Source: Octopus vulgaris
Lineage: Eukaryota
DNA length: 64,000 bases
Assembly (NCBI GenBank): GCA_951406725.2
Contig: OX597830.1
Span: 71,176,001 to 71,240,000 of the forward strand
Direction of reading: 5' to 3'
Of this stretch, positions 1 to 14,674 are shown piece by piece (the first letter of the stretch is position 1; every line of letters starts with the position of its first letter). The notes under the pieces were generated by a model, which worked only from the letters and a program-made list of their open reading frames with translations, did not search any database and was not told the origin of the DNA. Position numbers and translations under genes: made by a program.

Positions 1-927
1 TACTACTACTATTACTATTCCGATTCTTTCGTCACAATTACTAGTGAAGATTGAACTTAACTTTGGTTCAACGTTGGTGGAGTAATTCCATTAGACAACG
101 TGTTTAGAATATTTTGTGAATGCGTTAGAAAAGAACCCACGTCGTAAATTTCACTCGTCAATGGCACGTACATACATATATACACTCACTCACACACACT
201 AATACACACATGTTATGAAGATCAACCATAGAGTCACACTTGTAGTATTTATTCAATTATTTCCCATAATAGTATTTTAAAATAACATAAACGTTATATA
301 TATATATATATATATGTTCGTGCGTGTGTGTGTATATATATTTAAATAGTTATACATACATACATACATAATACATACATACATACATACATATATACAT
401 GCATACATACAAACAGTCTGTATGGGAATATTTTAATATGACATTCTGTACGATACTTAAGTGTAAAACATATTTAAGAAACATTAACCCGATATTTAAA
501 AAAATTATATCATGCAGTCTTGCAACCCATAAAGCGATAGAACTGCATTCCATGTTTTATACTATTCGTGAAATTACAGTAATTTCTTTGTTATTTCAAC
601 TAACTTTTCGAAATATGGACTATTCACACTTGCAACATATTCACTTTGGATATGTTTAATTTATGGAGTCCAATTTTCGTCCATAGAAAATAAATATCAG
701 AAATGAATTTATTGTATATTTACAAGAATCACAGCGAATGCAACGAGATTTTGTCTCCCAAATGGAGACGAATACCGTTACTCCATGTGATCGGCTTGAA
801 AAATTAAGCTATTAAGATATTTTTCAATTTCTTTAAAATGAAACCAGTAGTAGACGTAATTCACAATTAAAGAAATTCCATTCACCAATGCGCAATCATT
901 TTAATCGTTCGACATTTACGTATATAT

Positions 928-1332
928 ATCTCTTTTACTCATTTACTTGTTTCAGTCATTTGACTGCGGCCATGCTGGAGCACCGCCTTTAGTCGAGCAA
1001 CTCGACCCCGGAACTTATTCTTTTTGTAAGCCCAGTACTTATTCTATCGGTCTCTTTTGCCGAACCGCTAAGTGACGGGGACGTACACACACCAGCATTG
1101 GTTGTCAAGCAATGCTAGGGGAACAAAGACAGACACACAAACACACATAAATACATATATATATATATATATACATATATACGACAGACTTATTTCAGTT
1201 TCCGTCTACCAAATCCACTCACAAGGCATTGGTCGGCCCGGGGCTATTGCAGAAGACACTTGCCCAAGATGCCACGCAGTGGGACTGAACCCGGAACCAT
1301 GTGGTTGGTTAGCAAGCTACTTACCACACAGC
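928..1332 (-). mobile_element. tRNA-headed SINE family A (~400 bp, internal TA/CA microsatellite)
   Basis: Near-identical to copies at 18085, 55100, 61141 and 62540; minus-strand A-box-like TGTGTGGTAAG, B-box-like GGTTCAGTCCC and GAGTAAAA-type tail. Confidence 0.92.
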
Positions 1333-1547
1333 TTATTTTGCTCAAGGGTTAATCCAGAGCTGCCTTTCTCTCTCTTACCAGTCATGGGCACCATGTAAGA
1401 GGTCGTGGTCATTAGCTTTTCTACTGGCAAAAAAGAAAAGGTAACATTGAGCAAAGTTGGTTTCAATTTACTTAGCCGATAATTTAATAAGCTGTTCAAA
1501 GAATTTTTTACCTCAAAAATTCAAATTTTTAAACTTGGAATAATATA

Positions 1548-1700
1548 AACGAGAGCACTCATAGAGCGCAAACCTCCGCCAAGGCAACACCAATATCCTC
1601 TCAACCATTAGCCGTAGATGATTTTTAAAATGAGAATATCTGAAATAAACTTAACTGATGTCACAAACGATAATACTAAAAAAGAACCCAACCGCTTTTT
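1548..1700 (-). mobile_element. End fragment of a Helentron/HINE-like non-autonomous element
   Basis: Minus strand CCTTGGCGGAGGT followed by hairpin GCGCTC-TAT-GAGTGC and ending in TT, a layout recalled for HINE 3' ends; the other end is not seen. Confidence 0.4.
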
Positions 1701-1701
1701 T

Positions 1702-2290
1702 TTTTCTTTTGCTCTTACTTATAAATTGTTTATAAATTTAACCTTTAAAGGTATTTTTTAATATGCTGGCCATTGATAGAATTTTTTTCGAAAATTTTTA
1801 TCCTATATTAGTTGTTAATTTAATAGTGTTCACTTCCGGACTTTCTCACTTTACGAGAGTTTTTCAGTTCGAATCGCACGTATCTCGAGATATGCTAGAG
1901 AGTTTCTAATTTTGGATATATTTGGGGTACTTAATTGTGCTCATGACTTAGTGCTCGCTTCTTCCATGGGTATAAGTAAGTATTTCACTTATTTCTTTGC
2001 CGCATTTATCACTGATGTAGGGAAGGTTCTTATGAACTAACACTGAAATCGGGTTCGATATGGTAATAACGGGAAGTTTTAGAAATTTCTGTTGGCTTTC
2101 TTCGAAACGCGTGCTTGCAGTGATAAATTACATGGTTATTGACGTTGTGTCTATTTTGGGCATATTTTGGCAATGGAAATATTTTCTTCTGCCCTTACTA
2201 ATAAATTGTTTATAAATTTTACCTTTAAAGGTATTTTTAATATGCTGGCCATTGATAGAATCTTTTTCGAAAGATTTTATCCTACATTAG
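1702..2290 (+). mobile_element. Penelope-like partial-tandem terminal repeat with decayed hammerhead-like motif
   Basis: ~110 bp direct repeats at 1702-1811 and 2182-2290; between them ATTTATCA-CTGATG...TTC-GAAA-CGCG-T...TGATAAAT (2004-2128); ends in (TA)n. Confidence 0.5.
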
Positions 2291-2295
2291 ATATG

Positions 2296-2334
<39 letters not shown>

Positions 2335-2393
2335 ATTCATATACAGACATATACATACATATACATACATGTATACATACATAATGCATACAT

Positions 2394-2450
<57 letters not shown>

Positions 2451-3192
2451 GACAAAAATATCTGTCAACAAATACATCAGATAATTGTAGTTTGCTTATT
2501 TATTAATAGACATATTGGGTACAGCTTCTATTCCCACTCCGAAAGTACGTGATTGAATCCATTTATTTCCTCCATTCGTAATATAACACCAGTATATCCA
2601 GTATACACAATAGTACAGTCAAATGAATTGATCGTTCTTACGAGAGGACTATATGAAAGATTGTAATACTAACACACTAGCGAGCACTTTCATCAAGAGA
2701 CTACTAACCCAGCGGTTAGTATGGATTAATTAAGATTTATTAGTTAGTAAATGTTACTGTATACAAATCTGGACAGTGTAGTGAGTAATAAGGCGTAATT
2801 CATATGGATTATTACATAAGAAGCAGTTTAAAGTTAGCATCATAGAAAGATTTTCACGATTCACGCAACGGGTGAATCATGAAAAAACAAGAGAATAAAA
2901 ACAATCGTTTGAAAAAGTGAGAGAAAAACAATCGTTTGAAAAAATGGAGTGCTCGTTTTTGCTTCATAATATCAAGATACAGACAGACACACACACACAT
3001 ACACACACATATATGTACCGTACATATATTAATAGTTACAAACATGCATATATACATACATACATGAATATATACATATATATATACATACATACACACA
3101 CAAACAGAGAGAGAGAGAGAGAGAGAGAGATAGAAGGAGAGATAGATAGAGTAGAGAGAGTACATACCATTGGATAATACTGAAATTATATA

Positions 3193-3273
<81 letters not shown>

Positions 3274-3454
3274 AGTAGAACGTTGGAATGAGTGCACAAC
3301 ACCGCATTGGTGAATAAATAATTTCTTTATTTGTTTTTATGTGGGAAACTTTCCAAGACTTTTAACAGCCTTTCAAGTATTTTAACAATTTTTCAAGCCG
3401 GTCACATGTTCTTAACATGAAACCAATGGCAGCCTAAATTCACAAATAAATAAA

Positions 3455-3543
<89 letters not shown>

Positions 3544-3921
3544 GGTGTTAAGATATTATTCTAAATAATATATAACAACAGTTGAGCAACAATTCACCAG
3601 TTCAATGAAAACTTCATTATAAAATATTTTATTCGTTAATTATTCCAAGGAAAATGGTGACAATAGTATTGCGGTTTCTGTTTAATAATCGACGCCATTT
3701 TCAAACTTAATACGGTTCATATTGATACACATTTGCGCTCTCACACACACAGACACACGCATAAATGCACTAAACACATACAGATGTAACAGTATGTACG
3801 CATGTATGTATGCATGCAAGTATATATGCACGTATGTATACATGTATTTAAGTAGGCATGCATATATATGTGTATATATATACATATATATATGTATATA
3901 TACATGTATGTATGTGTGTTC

Positions 3922-3960
<39 letters not shown>

Positions 3961-4139
3961 TAGATAGATAGATAGATAGATTCAGATGAATTTGGTACTT
4001 AAGTTATGCATACATTTTCAAAATAAGGTAATTCATTTTAATCACCTTATTTTGATTTATATATATAAATTACGCAAACATGAAAATAACACTGACATCT
4101 CATTTTAACACATATATTCACCAAATTACATAAGAATAT

Positions 4140-4879
4140 AATGAAATACTAAAGGGTAACTATATTCAGTAAAATCGCTATTGGCTTCGGAATCTCTTGC
4201 AACTCTTCTTGACAGTCTCCTTGTTTTGCGTTGGTGCATGCTGCCACAATCCTGTCTTCAGTTCATCTTTGGTGTTACAAGGAGTTTTGTCGGTCTCACG
4301 CTCACCTGCGGCTCACATATAATTATCAAGGGGGTTGCAGTCTGGAGAGTTAGGTAGCCCGATGTTAGGGGTGATGTGGTCGCTGGAATTGTCTGACAGC
4401 CATGACTAGGTTCTCCTGCTTGTGTGGCATGATGCAGAGCCCAGTTGCAGACATAGGGTCTTCCAGCAGCCACCCGCTTGACCCAGGGCAGCACTACGAC
4501 TTTCCAGGCACTTGATGTAGGTTTCTGTGTTGAGTCTGAAGCCGTGTGGGAAGATGAATGGAGGTACCACGTCGTTATCACTAGTGATCAGTCCAAACAC
4601 CACGATGCTGACTGGATGTTTGATTTTTTATCACTCGCGGTACATGTCGTCTGATCGCACTGTACTCAGTTTCACACCCAAACTCTTTGAAACGTTCGTA
4701 TGGGAACTTCCGGTGCGAATGCCATTCAAATTTCTGGCAGAATGAATTGTGTCACGGTGCTGTTTTCCTCACAGACGGCGCGCAAGTGACCCTTCTATAC
4801 TATGAAATCCACAAATACAACAATGCACATGCCCGAAATAAAAAATGTTAAATGGTGACATTTTACCCAGCACACACTG
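4140..4879 (-). mobile_element. Tc1/mariner DD37D (maT-type) transposon remnant, internally deleted
   Basis: Minus-strand VFGLITSDNDVVPPFIFPHG.RLNTETYIKCL and QLGSASCHTSRRT*SWLSDN...PNSPDCNPLD; 37 residues lie between the mutated second D and the third D; terminus CAGTGTGTGCTGGG next to TA. Confidence 0.88.
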
Positions 4880-4887
4880 TATGTAGG

Positions 4888-5011
<124 letters not shown>

Positions 5012-5117
5012 TATATACATACCTACATACAGTGTGTGCTATGTCACCATTTAACATTTTATTTCGGGCATGTGCATTGTTATATTTGTGGATATCTAAT
5101 TCTCTCACCCTTATTAA

Positions 5118-5185
<68 letters not shown>

Positions 5186-5224
5186 ATATATATATATGTA
5201 TGTATTTATATATATATGTGTGTG

Positions 5225-5255
<31 letters not shown>

Positions 5256-5288
5256 ATATATATATATATGTATGTATATATATATATG

Positions 5289-5363
<75 letters not shown>

Positions 5364-5392
5364 TTCTGTGTGTTTATATATATATGTTTATA

Positions 5393-5446
<54 letters not shown>

Positions 5447-5539
5447 TGCATGTGTGTGTGTGCGTGTATGTATGTATGTCTATATATATAACGAATTTTA
5501 GTCAAATGTCTATATACATGCATACATATATATTTATAT

Positions 5540-5700
5540 ATAAATCAAAGCTAGGAGAAAAACAATATAATCGAGAATCCGGCAACATGAGGAAGAATAG
5601 ACGATAACGTAACAACTAACTGTAAACAGAAGAAGAACAAGACACGAATCATTCGCAGCCGATTCCCTCTTCAGTCAGTGTTCTGTTTGCAAATTTATCC
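5540..5700 (-). mobile_element. TA-embedded short repeat, family G (divergent copy)
   Basis: Shares TGACTGAAGA..GGCT.CGAATGA motif and pyrimidine-rich 3' part with 9115-9250 and 37217-37338. Confidence 0.45.
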
Positions 5701-5771
5701 CATCTATGCATTCATGAATGCATGTATGTATGTATAAATATATATATATGTATATGTATATGTATATGTAA

Positions 5772-5807
<36 letters not shown>

Positions 5808-5836
5808 GTATATAGATATAGATACACACACATATT

Positions 5837-5899
<63 letters not shown>

Positions 5900-6135
5900 G
5901 GGTATATGTTTTAAGAACTAGGGATTGGTTCGTGACCGAAAATTTTACCCAGTATCTCGTGTGGAATGAATAATATATAATATATTATTCATTACATAAT
6001 ATATAATGAATAATATATAAATATTTTATTTCTATATCAAATTTTGGTTGCTTAAACAATGAAACACTTCAACAATGCTATTTATTTGCATTGAATTACG
6101 TGTGTGAGGGTGCGCTAAGCCACGGGGGTGTGTGA

Positions 6136-6190
<55 letters not shown>

Positions 6191-6440
6191 TTACTGCAGC
6201 TTATTGAAAAGCCACTTGTCTTCTAGTCTTATATAGGCTCCATGTATTGTTTAATCACCAGCTAGAGCATTAATATCAAATAGAATATACACCAATGGCT
6301 CATGTGCATCTGTTTCACACTATTTACGTTACTATATGTATATTTATATATATATACATACATATATATATACATATATATATATAAATATATATCTATA
6401 TACATATATATTTATATATATTTATATATACTCATATATT

Positions 6441-6530
<90 letters not shown>

Positions 6531-6802
6531 TGGGGGAGAGAGTCGCAGCGAGAGAATGAAAGAGAGATAAACTAATTTGACAGATGCTAACACACGTATG
6601 CGCGTGTACAATGTGCGTGTGTGAGGTATAGGTTATGTATGTATACATGTAGGCATGCATATATATTTATATACATGCATACCTGTATATTTATATACAT
6701 ATATATAGGTATATATATATATATATATATACATACATAATAGAGTGCTAGAGGGAGAGAGAGAAAGAGAGAGAGAGAGTGTGTGTGTGTGTATGAGTGT
6801 GT

Positions 6803-6861
<59 letters not shown>

Positions 6862-7398
6862 GTAGATATATCTGGGTGCACGTGCGTCTTCTTAAGTATA
6901 TCTCACAAGAATACAACTTTACAAAAATAATTCCACTTCTGACCACGGAAAAATAAATCCTGTGTATAAAATTTATATTTCACTTGCAAAACCAGTTAAT
7001 ATTACGTGTATTTAACGCTATATCGGTCAGGCTAAATCTTCGAAGTCACTGTGAATGTTATAGAGATTATTGATATGTGTGTACTTTCCCTGTATATGTA
7101 ATTTCTGCTGATTAAGAAATAATAATATAGAGATGTATAGACTCATATTACAGATCTGTATTCCTTTATAGATAAATACACACTTATATGACTGAATATT
7201 TATACATATTTGTAAGCATATATATAAATATATATTTGCATACACGCAAAGACACACACAGGTACACACGGACGCACATAGACGCAGACAAACGCTCACA
7301 CATATGACTGTCTATCGTCTATGGATATGTATATTAAGATGTACCCACACTTAAACGTGTACGCACAAACACACACACACGCACACACACACACACTC

Positions 7399-7443
<45 letters not shown>

Positions 7444-7455
7444 CATATATATACA

Positions 7456-7486
<31 letters not shown>

Positions 7487-7494
7487 TACATATG

Positions 7495-7710
7495 GATTTG
7501 GTTTGCTAGATTCTTTATGTGAGTTCGTGTGTTGAAGAACATTCTGTTGTGTCTGGGTAGTCATTCTCCTTTAGTGCCTTATAGATTAACACACTCAGCG
7601 GTAAAGTTTCTACTCATTTACTTATTTATTTTTCTATAAATAAGCAAATGAGTGGAAAGGTTTCCGGCGTGTGTGTTAAAATATAAGGCAGTAAAAGGAA
7701 TGGCTATATA
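7495..7710 (-). mobile_element. TA-embedded short element family F with fold-back arms
   Basis: Reverse complement of 51240-51385; internal inverted arms 7557-7630 and 7637-7708. Confidence 0.7.
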
Positions 7711-7711
7711 C

Positions 7712-7801
<90 letters not shown>

Positions 7802-7870
7802 ATAATTATATATATATATAAGTATATATGCATACATATATACATGCAGACATACGTAAAAACATACATA

Positions 7871-7915
<45 letters not shown>

Positions 7916-8020
7916 CTTATCTCTCTCTCTCTCTCTCTCTCGCTATATATATATATATATATATAATTACCTAATAAAATTATCGATGTAGAAAAAATCT
8001 CTGATTTCCTGAACATTATT

Positions 8021-8120
<100 letters not shown>

Positions 8121-8203
8121 CTTATATACATACATATATATATATGCGAGTAATATATATGTATATAAAAAAAGGTAAAAGTAAATATATGTATATATAT
8201 GTA

Positions 8204-8234
<31 letters not shown>

Positions 8235-8817
8235 GCATTGTGCCACCCCACCAACTTTCAATATAATGTTTGAAAAGCCCCACACCGTTAATTACGTGGT
8301 GCGAACGTAAATTTTGAGGTATGTAACAAATATTCAACAAAATCATGGATGATAATATTTGTTTTGTTGTGTTTAGTTCATATTTCGTCAGTAGAATTAA
8401 TTGTGGATCAGTTTTTTCGTTGTAAACTCAAATACTTTTGACATACTAGTTTCTACCTTGTTGATGCCAGAGTTCGCAAAATTTTGCATAAGCATCCAGT
8501 GTATATAAACATGATATTTCCCGAACGTTCAATTTTTGCACCGTCGCTAAATACACCAGTACATACACACACACATGCATATATATATATATACACATCT
8601 TTGTAGGCATATACAAGAATACACAAAATGTGTGTTGCGGTGAATATGCACACATAAATATATATATTTCGTATTCATTTAATTTCTTATACTTTCTATA
8701 CTATTATTATTTATACTTATATGTTAATATATATATCCATACATATATATATATATAAGTGTTCCTATATATATACATATACATACATATATGCATATAT
8801 ATATATATATATATATA

Positions 8818-9036
8818 TTGGGTTGGTGCTTTATTATTGTGGCTGTTTTTCAACAAATTTTATTCAACAAAAACAATAACAATTTTTAACCTAAGCATTT
8901 TTAATTACGGTTTCAATAGATGGTGAATATGGGCTCCGGAATAATCATTTAAAGATGTTTTTGTTTCATGTTGTTATTGTTTTTGTTGAATAAAATTTGC
9001 TAAAAAAAAACCCGCAATAATTATGCACCAAGCCAA
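8818..9036. mobile_element. Mariner-type MITE
   Basis: ~65 bp TIRs TTGGGTTGGTGC..AACAATAACAA / TTGTTATTGTT..GCACCAAGCCAA, flanked by TA. Confidence 0.8.
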
Positions 9037-9049
9037 TATATATATATAT

Positions 9050-9114
<65 letters not shown>

Positions 9115-9119
<5 letters not shown>

Positions 9120-9250
9120 GTTTTTATATGTAAAGAACGTGAAATACAGGAAGGGACGAACACGGAACACAGACAAATCATTCGAAGCCTTCAATCTTCA
9201 GTCAGACACCGAGTCATCATAGCAAATTTCGGCTGTTCAATTCTGTTCAA
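9115..9250 (-). mobile_element. TA-embedded short repeat, family G
   Basis: Reverse complement aligns to 37217-37338 (CAGCCGAAATT..GATGA..TGACTGAAGATT..GGCTTCGAATGA). Confidence 0.6.
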
Positions 9251-9268
9251 TATATACATATATATATG

Positions 9269-9299
<31 letters not shown>

Positions 9300-9547
9300 A
9301 TCTATCTATCTATTTATCTATTATCTAACTATCTATATATATACGTTCTCAAATTAAGCTTGGAAGCCTCATTAAGGCATAGTTAAATCCAATGTAACTA
9401 ATGGTAAGTTACCACTACAAAAAATGTTGAACATTGTAATTAATATTCGACTCTTAGGTAACTAACTATACATACCGTGGTTTATGTACGTATATTTATT
9501 GCAATAAGATTAGAAACTAGAAAGATAATTTATAAATTATTATTTAT

Positions 9548-9639
9548 GAATTAAAAAATGACAACAACGTAGTCAGATTTTAATTAATAAATAATAATTT
9601 ATTAATTATCTTTCTATTATCTTATTGAAATATACATAC

Positions 9640-9711
<72 letters not shown>

Positions 9712-9860
9712 CATACATACATATATATACATATATATATGTATATATATATAAAATATGTTTATATATGTATATTTCAAGAAGATAATAGAGAGATAAT
9801 TAATAAATTATTATTTATTAATTAAAATCTGACTACGTTGTTGTCATTATTTTAATTAAT
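9548..9860. repeat. Inverted repeat (~75 bp arms) flanking a (TA)n tract
   Basis: ATGACAACAACGTAGTCAGATTTTAATTAATAAAT..TTATCTT mirrored by AAGATAAT..ATTAAAATCTGACTACGTTGTTGTCAT. Confidence 0.85.
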
Positions 9861-10633
9861 TGTCCTTGCACTCCGCTGGGCATGCGCACTAAGTTTTACC
9901 GTTTTAGCTCACTTTCGCTCTTTCCAGCGGTTCTTGGAAGGATGGCGCGTAGCGTGTGATCGTCGCATTGACCATGATATAGAAAGCTGTGTTGGTGATA
10001 CCTGCTCAGAGGCCAAACTGTCTTGGTGATACCTGCTCAGAGGCCAAACTGTCTTGGTGATACCTGCTCAGACGCCAAGTTGCAGAAAGTGTATGGAGAG
10101 GAGTGTATGAGCCGCACACAGATGTACGAGTGTTTCAGGCGCTTCCAAGATGACCGAAAGATGTCGATATTGACGAACATTGTGGGGTCCCGCGGCCAGC
10201 AAAACTGAGAAAAATATCGCAGATGTGGGTGCAGCTGTGGTCGAATCCCCAGTTCAGTCCATCAACACTGAAGATTTAGGTATGAGACGCGTGTCTGCCA
10301 AGTTTTTGCTAAAACTGCTTTCTGCTGACGAAAAAGACACACCGGTTTCAGGTGCATTAGATTTCCTTGATTGTATTAAGAACGATGAGAACTTTTTGAA
10401 AACTTAGGTAGGTCTCTGAACAGGTATCCCCAAGCTTTTGGCAAAGTTTGATGCATATTCTCTACTCAACTTTTCCCACGTTACACACATACATTCCAAG
10501 AGCTACTGTAAACAGCGGAAGCAAGCTAAGGTGTTAAAGTTTAGTGTGCATGCACAACGGTGTTCAAGGTGAATGAATCTGTGCCAAGCGGCTTTACACT
10601 GCAATAGTCCGGATACTTATTGATCAGCCACCG
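9860..10633 (+). mobile_element. Mariner transposon remnant (N-terminal HTH region, internally deleted)
   Basis: LQKVYGEECMSRTQMYECFRRFQD and TEDLGMRRVSAKFLLKLLS match mariner HTH/linker motifs; right end ..GATCAGCCACCG-TA; 31-bp tandem triplication at ~9987-10080. Confidence 0.85.
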
Positions 10634-10837
10634 TATGTATAAAGAACAGGATCTTTGAAACTTAGATACTCATATACTAGGATACACGCATGTATGTATA
10701 TATGTATATACGTCAGTCTATCTGTCGGCCTGTCTGTCTCTGTATGTATGTATGCATATATATTGACATTTATATATACATATATTTATTTTATATGTAT
10801 ATATCTATACATATACACAAGCATATATATGTACATG

Positions 10838-10890
<53 letters not shown>

Positions 10891-10914
10891 ATGCATATAT
10901 ATATCATATAATAA

Positions 10915-11045
10915 TAATATGAGGGAATATTATTCCAAACTTACAGAGAAAAATTCAATTTAGAAATACTAAATGAAATTTCACAAAATATAATATATAT
11001 ATACAAATTAGAAAAAAAAAACACCTTTTATCAATTCAATAATGA
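10915..11045 (-). mobile_element. TA-embedded AT-rich element family H (end fragment)
   Basis: GAGGGAATATT..CTTACAG..AACACCTTTTATCAATT matches 59075-59200. Confidence 0.7.
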
Positions 11046-11338
11046 ATATATATATATATATGCATAAATACTTACATACATTTACATATGCATATATGTA
11101 TATATATACATACGTGTGTGCGTGTGTGTTTGTATGTACGTGTATATATATATTTTATTTATTCCATAACTTTTTGTTTCCTCCTCTACATCACTGATCT
11201 GCTACTATCAACGATTATAGTTATACCTTAATCCGTCTTTTCCATACACGCACACACACACACTCTCTCTCTCTCTCTTTCTGTCTGTCTGTCTGTCTGC
11301 CCCCTCTCTCTCTCTCTCTCTCTTTCTGTCTGTCTATT

Positions 11339-11386
<48 letters not shown>

Positions 11387-11790
11387 CTTCTATTTCCCTC
11401 TAGCAGACTCGTTTTCTGTTTGTGGCTGTTTATATTCCACCGTGTTTATCTTCGACCACTCTCTTGACTCGCTGAAACTCTCCCGCTCTCTTCCTCAAAA
11501 TATATCACTTTCTATCTCTCTTCCTCTCTCTCCACCCATTCATATTCTACAACCCTTACCACACTCCCTTATACATCCTCTAAGTACATCATAGATCCAC
11601 AAAATACCCATCACATAATCATCAACATTCACATTTAATTACTCTATTCTCATTCATTTCTCTTTTTCCATTCTATTTTGATTGCTTTAACTCACCATCG
11701 TTATCCATTCCACCCTGTATCATCACATCTACCCCATAAACTCAAGCATCATCTCCTCCCACACAGTCATCACCGACAGAGACATCTACG

Positions 11791-12262
11791 CTTCTTCTTC
11801 TTCTTCTTCTTCTTCTTCTTCTTCTTCTTCTTCTTCTTCTTCTTCTTCTTGTTCTTCTTCTTCTTCTTCTTCTTCTTCTTCTTCTTCTTCTTCTTCTTCT
11901 TCTTCTTCTTCTTCTTCTTTTTCTTCTTCTTCTTCTTCTTCTTCTTCTTTTCCTTTTCTTCTTCTTCTTCTTCTTTTTTTCACTTTTCTTCTTCTTCTTC
12001 TTCTTCTTCGTCTTCTTCTTCTTCTTCGTCTTCTTCTTCGTCGTCTTCTTCGTCTTCTTCTTCTTCGTCTTCTTGTTCTTGTTCTTCTTGTTCTTCTTCT
12101 TGTTCTTCTTGTTCTTCTTGTTCTTCTTCTTGTTCTTCTTGTTCTTCTTGTTCTTCTTGTTCTTCTTCTTCTTCTTGTTCTTCTTCTTCTTCTTCTTCTT
12201 TCATTCTTGTCTTCCAGCTCCCCATCCCGTCCAGTACTCCTTGCGTTACAGCGCTGCTGCCG

Positions 12263-12315
<53 letters not shown>
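11791..12315. repeat. Compound trinucleotide array (CTT)n/(CTTGTT)n then (CTA)n
   Basis: Direct reading. Confidence 0.97.
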
Positions 12316-12316
<1 letters not shown>

Positions 12317-12432
12317 GAATCTTCATTACCGCGTAATGCCCGTCGAGAACGTGATAAAATAAAGGCAATGAACACAATAGCAATACACACATAAAGGTAA
12401 AAATAACAAAAAATTCAAAATACCGGTAAAAT

Positions 12433-12466
<34 letters not shown>

Positions 12467-12604
12467 AAGTAGTAGTAGTAGTGAGAACAATAACAAAGAA
12501 GGTAAAGAGATGAAAAACGGATAAAGCGGCCATTATTGAAATAGTAATGTAGTAAATTGGTATAAAACAAATATTAAATTGGAACTAAAACTGTAATGGC
12601 GTTT

Positions 12605-12605
<1 letters not shown>

Positions 12606-12640
<35 letters not shown>

Positions 12641-12715
12641 GTAATAATAATAATCATAATAATAATAATAATAATGATAATGGTAATAATAGTAATAATA
12701 ATAATAATAATAATG

Positions 12716-12746
<31 letters not shown>

Positions 12747-12841
12747 TAATGGTAATAATAATAATAATAATAATAATGATAATAATAATAATAATGATAA
12801 TGGTAATAATAATAATAATAATAATAATGATAATAATAATG

Positions 12842-12884
<43 letters not shown>

Positions 12885-12888
12885 TAAT
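12606..12888. repeat. (TAA)n microsatellite
   Basis: Direct reading. Confidence 0.97.
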
Positions 12889-13290
12889 TCTGACATCTGT
12901 AGTAATATTAACGACATGAAACAGAGGGCGGGTTGGGAAATAATTAGAAAACAAATATAATTATGTTGTTTGTATATTTTCTCTTCCGTAACCTCCTTGC
13001 TCTCTTCACTGCGTCTCTTCACTCTCTTTTCTTCTATCTCGTCTCTACCTTTCTCTCTCTTTCTCTCTCTGTCTGTCTGTCTGTCTCTGTGTGTCTCTCT
13101 CTCTCTCACTCGTTCGCTTGTCTTGTCTTTCATGTTCGATGTCTCGGTGTCTGTCCCTCAACCTGGTTTTTTGACTGCCTATTTTTCCATCTGTCTAACT
13201 GTCTGTCAGTCCGTCTCTCTCCCCTCCCCCTCTCTCTATGTATAGATAGATAGACATATATGTATGTATATATATATGAACAATTACATA

Positions 13291-13340
<50 letters not shown>

Positions 13341-13342
<2 letters not shown>

Positions 13343-13725
13343 ACCATGTCCAGGCCGTCTACGCAGTCACTTGGGCAAGTGTCACCTGCTATAACTCCGA
13401 GCTGACCAACGCTTCGAGAGTGAATTTAGTAATCGGAAACTAAGTGGAAGCTCATCGCATATGTGTCCGCGCTGGTGTAGGTATGCATATATATATATAT
13501 ATATATATATAGATATATATATATATATATATATTTCTACATGTGTGTGCATTTCTGTTTCGGATAGTCACTCCTCTTTGCCGCTTAACAAACGGTTTGG
13601 TTTGTTCACAATAAATACCAGACAAGGAAAAACATAAACAACATAAGTACTAGTGTTGATTTGTTCTACTAAAACTCTTCGAGGATGCGCCTCCGCTTGG
13701 CTGCAGTTCAATGAGTGAAACAAAT
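13341..13725 (+). mobile_element. SINE family A, decayed
   Basis: CTTGGGCAAGTGTC..GGAAACT..GGCTGCAGTTCAATGAGTGAAACAA align to family A. Confidence 0.7.
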
Positions 13726-13916
13726 AAATGATGTGTGCGTGTGTGTGTATGTACACACACACACACTCACACACATATATATATATATATATATATACAT
13801 ATACATATGTGTATACATACATACATATACACACACACATATATACACACACACATGCATATATATATTTATATACATATACATATATGTATACATACAT
13901 ACATACACACACACAT

Positions 13917-13956
<40 letters not shown>

Positions 13957-13973
13957 CTATCTATCTATCTATC

Positions 13974-14015
<42 letters not shown>

Positions 14016-14016
14016 T

Positions 14017-14119
<103 letters not shown>

Positions 14120-14142
14120 CATACACACACACACACACATAC

Positions 14143-14224
<82 letters not shown>

Positions 14225-14314
14225 TGTATATACATACACAACATACATATATATATATAACTCTCTCATTTATCTTATTCAAGCTTTCATTCCACTTTGT
14301 CTCTCTGTTACTCT

Positions 14315-14612
14315 CTCACATAGACTGCGGCCATGCAGGGAGCAACGCTTTGAAATGTTAAGTGAAAGAAATGGAATCCCAGTACTTACTTCATTTTAAA
14401 ATTTGATACAAATTCTGGAGCGGACGTAAACAAACCAACACTGGCTGTCAAGCAGTGGCTGGGGACACAAATAAACACAAACGCATAGACATATGTATCT
14501 GTTTATATACATGTGTGTATATTCTCTTCATATCAGTCTATGAAATGCACTCACAAGATTTTAATCGGCGCGTAGTCATAGCTGAAGACATTTGTTCAAG
14601 ATGCCGCACAGT
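14315..14612 (-). mobile_element. SINE family A, decayed
   Basis: GACTGCGGCCATGC..GGACGTAAAC..GAAGACATTTGTTCAAGATGCC. Confidence 0.7.
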
Positions 14613-14674
14613 CTCTCTCGCTGTCCCCGTCTCTTTCACACTCTGTTTTACTCTCTCTATCCTCTGTTTGCCGT

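Noticed and set aside
2851-2885. Hairpin TTTTCACGATTCAC..GTGAATCATGAAAA as terminator or pre-miRNA
   Set aside because: Too short for a pre-miRNA; intrinsic terminators are not relevant in this context.
3396-3434. Hammerhead-like ATGTT-CTT-AACAT-GAAA-CCAATGG
   Set aside because: CUGAnGA core and U16.1 absent; too decayed to call.
9175-9230. SECIS element in family G (as in selenoprotein-coding PLEs)
   Set aside because: Helix II pairing inconsistent between copies and no apical AA at the right spacing.
9987-10080. CRISPR-like 31 bp repeats
   Set aside because: Spacer-less tandem duplication inside a mariner remnant in eukaryotic DNA.
11678-12394. Poly-F/S and poly-E ORFs
   Set aside because: Translations of the (CTT)n array; no splice or domain support.
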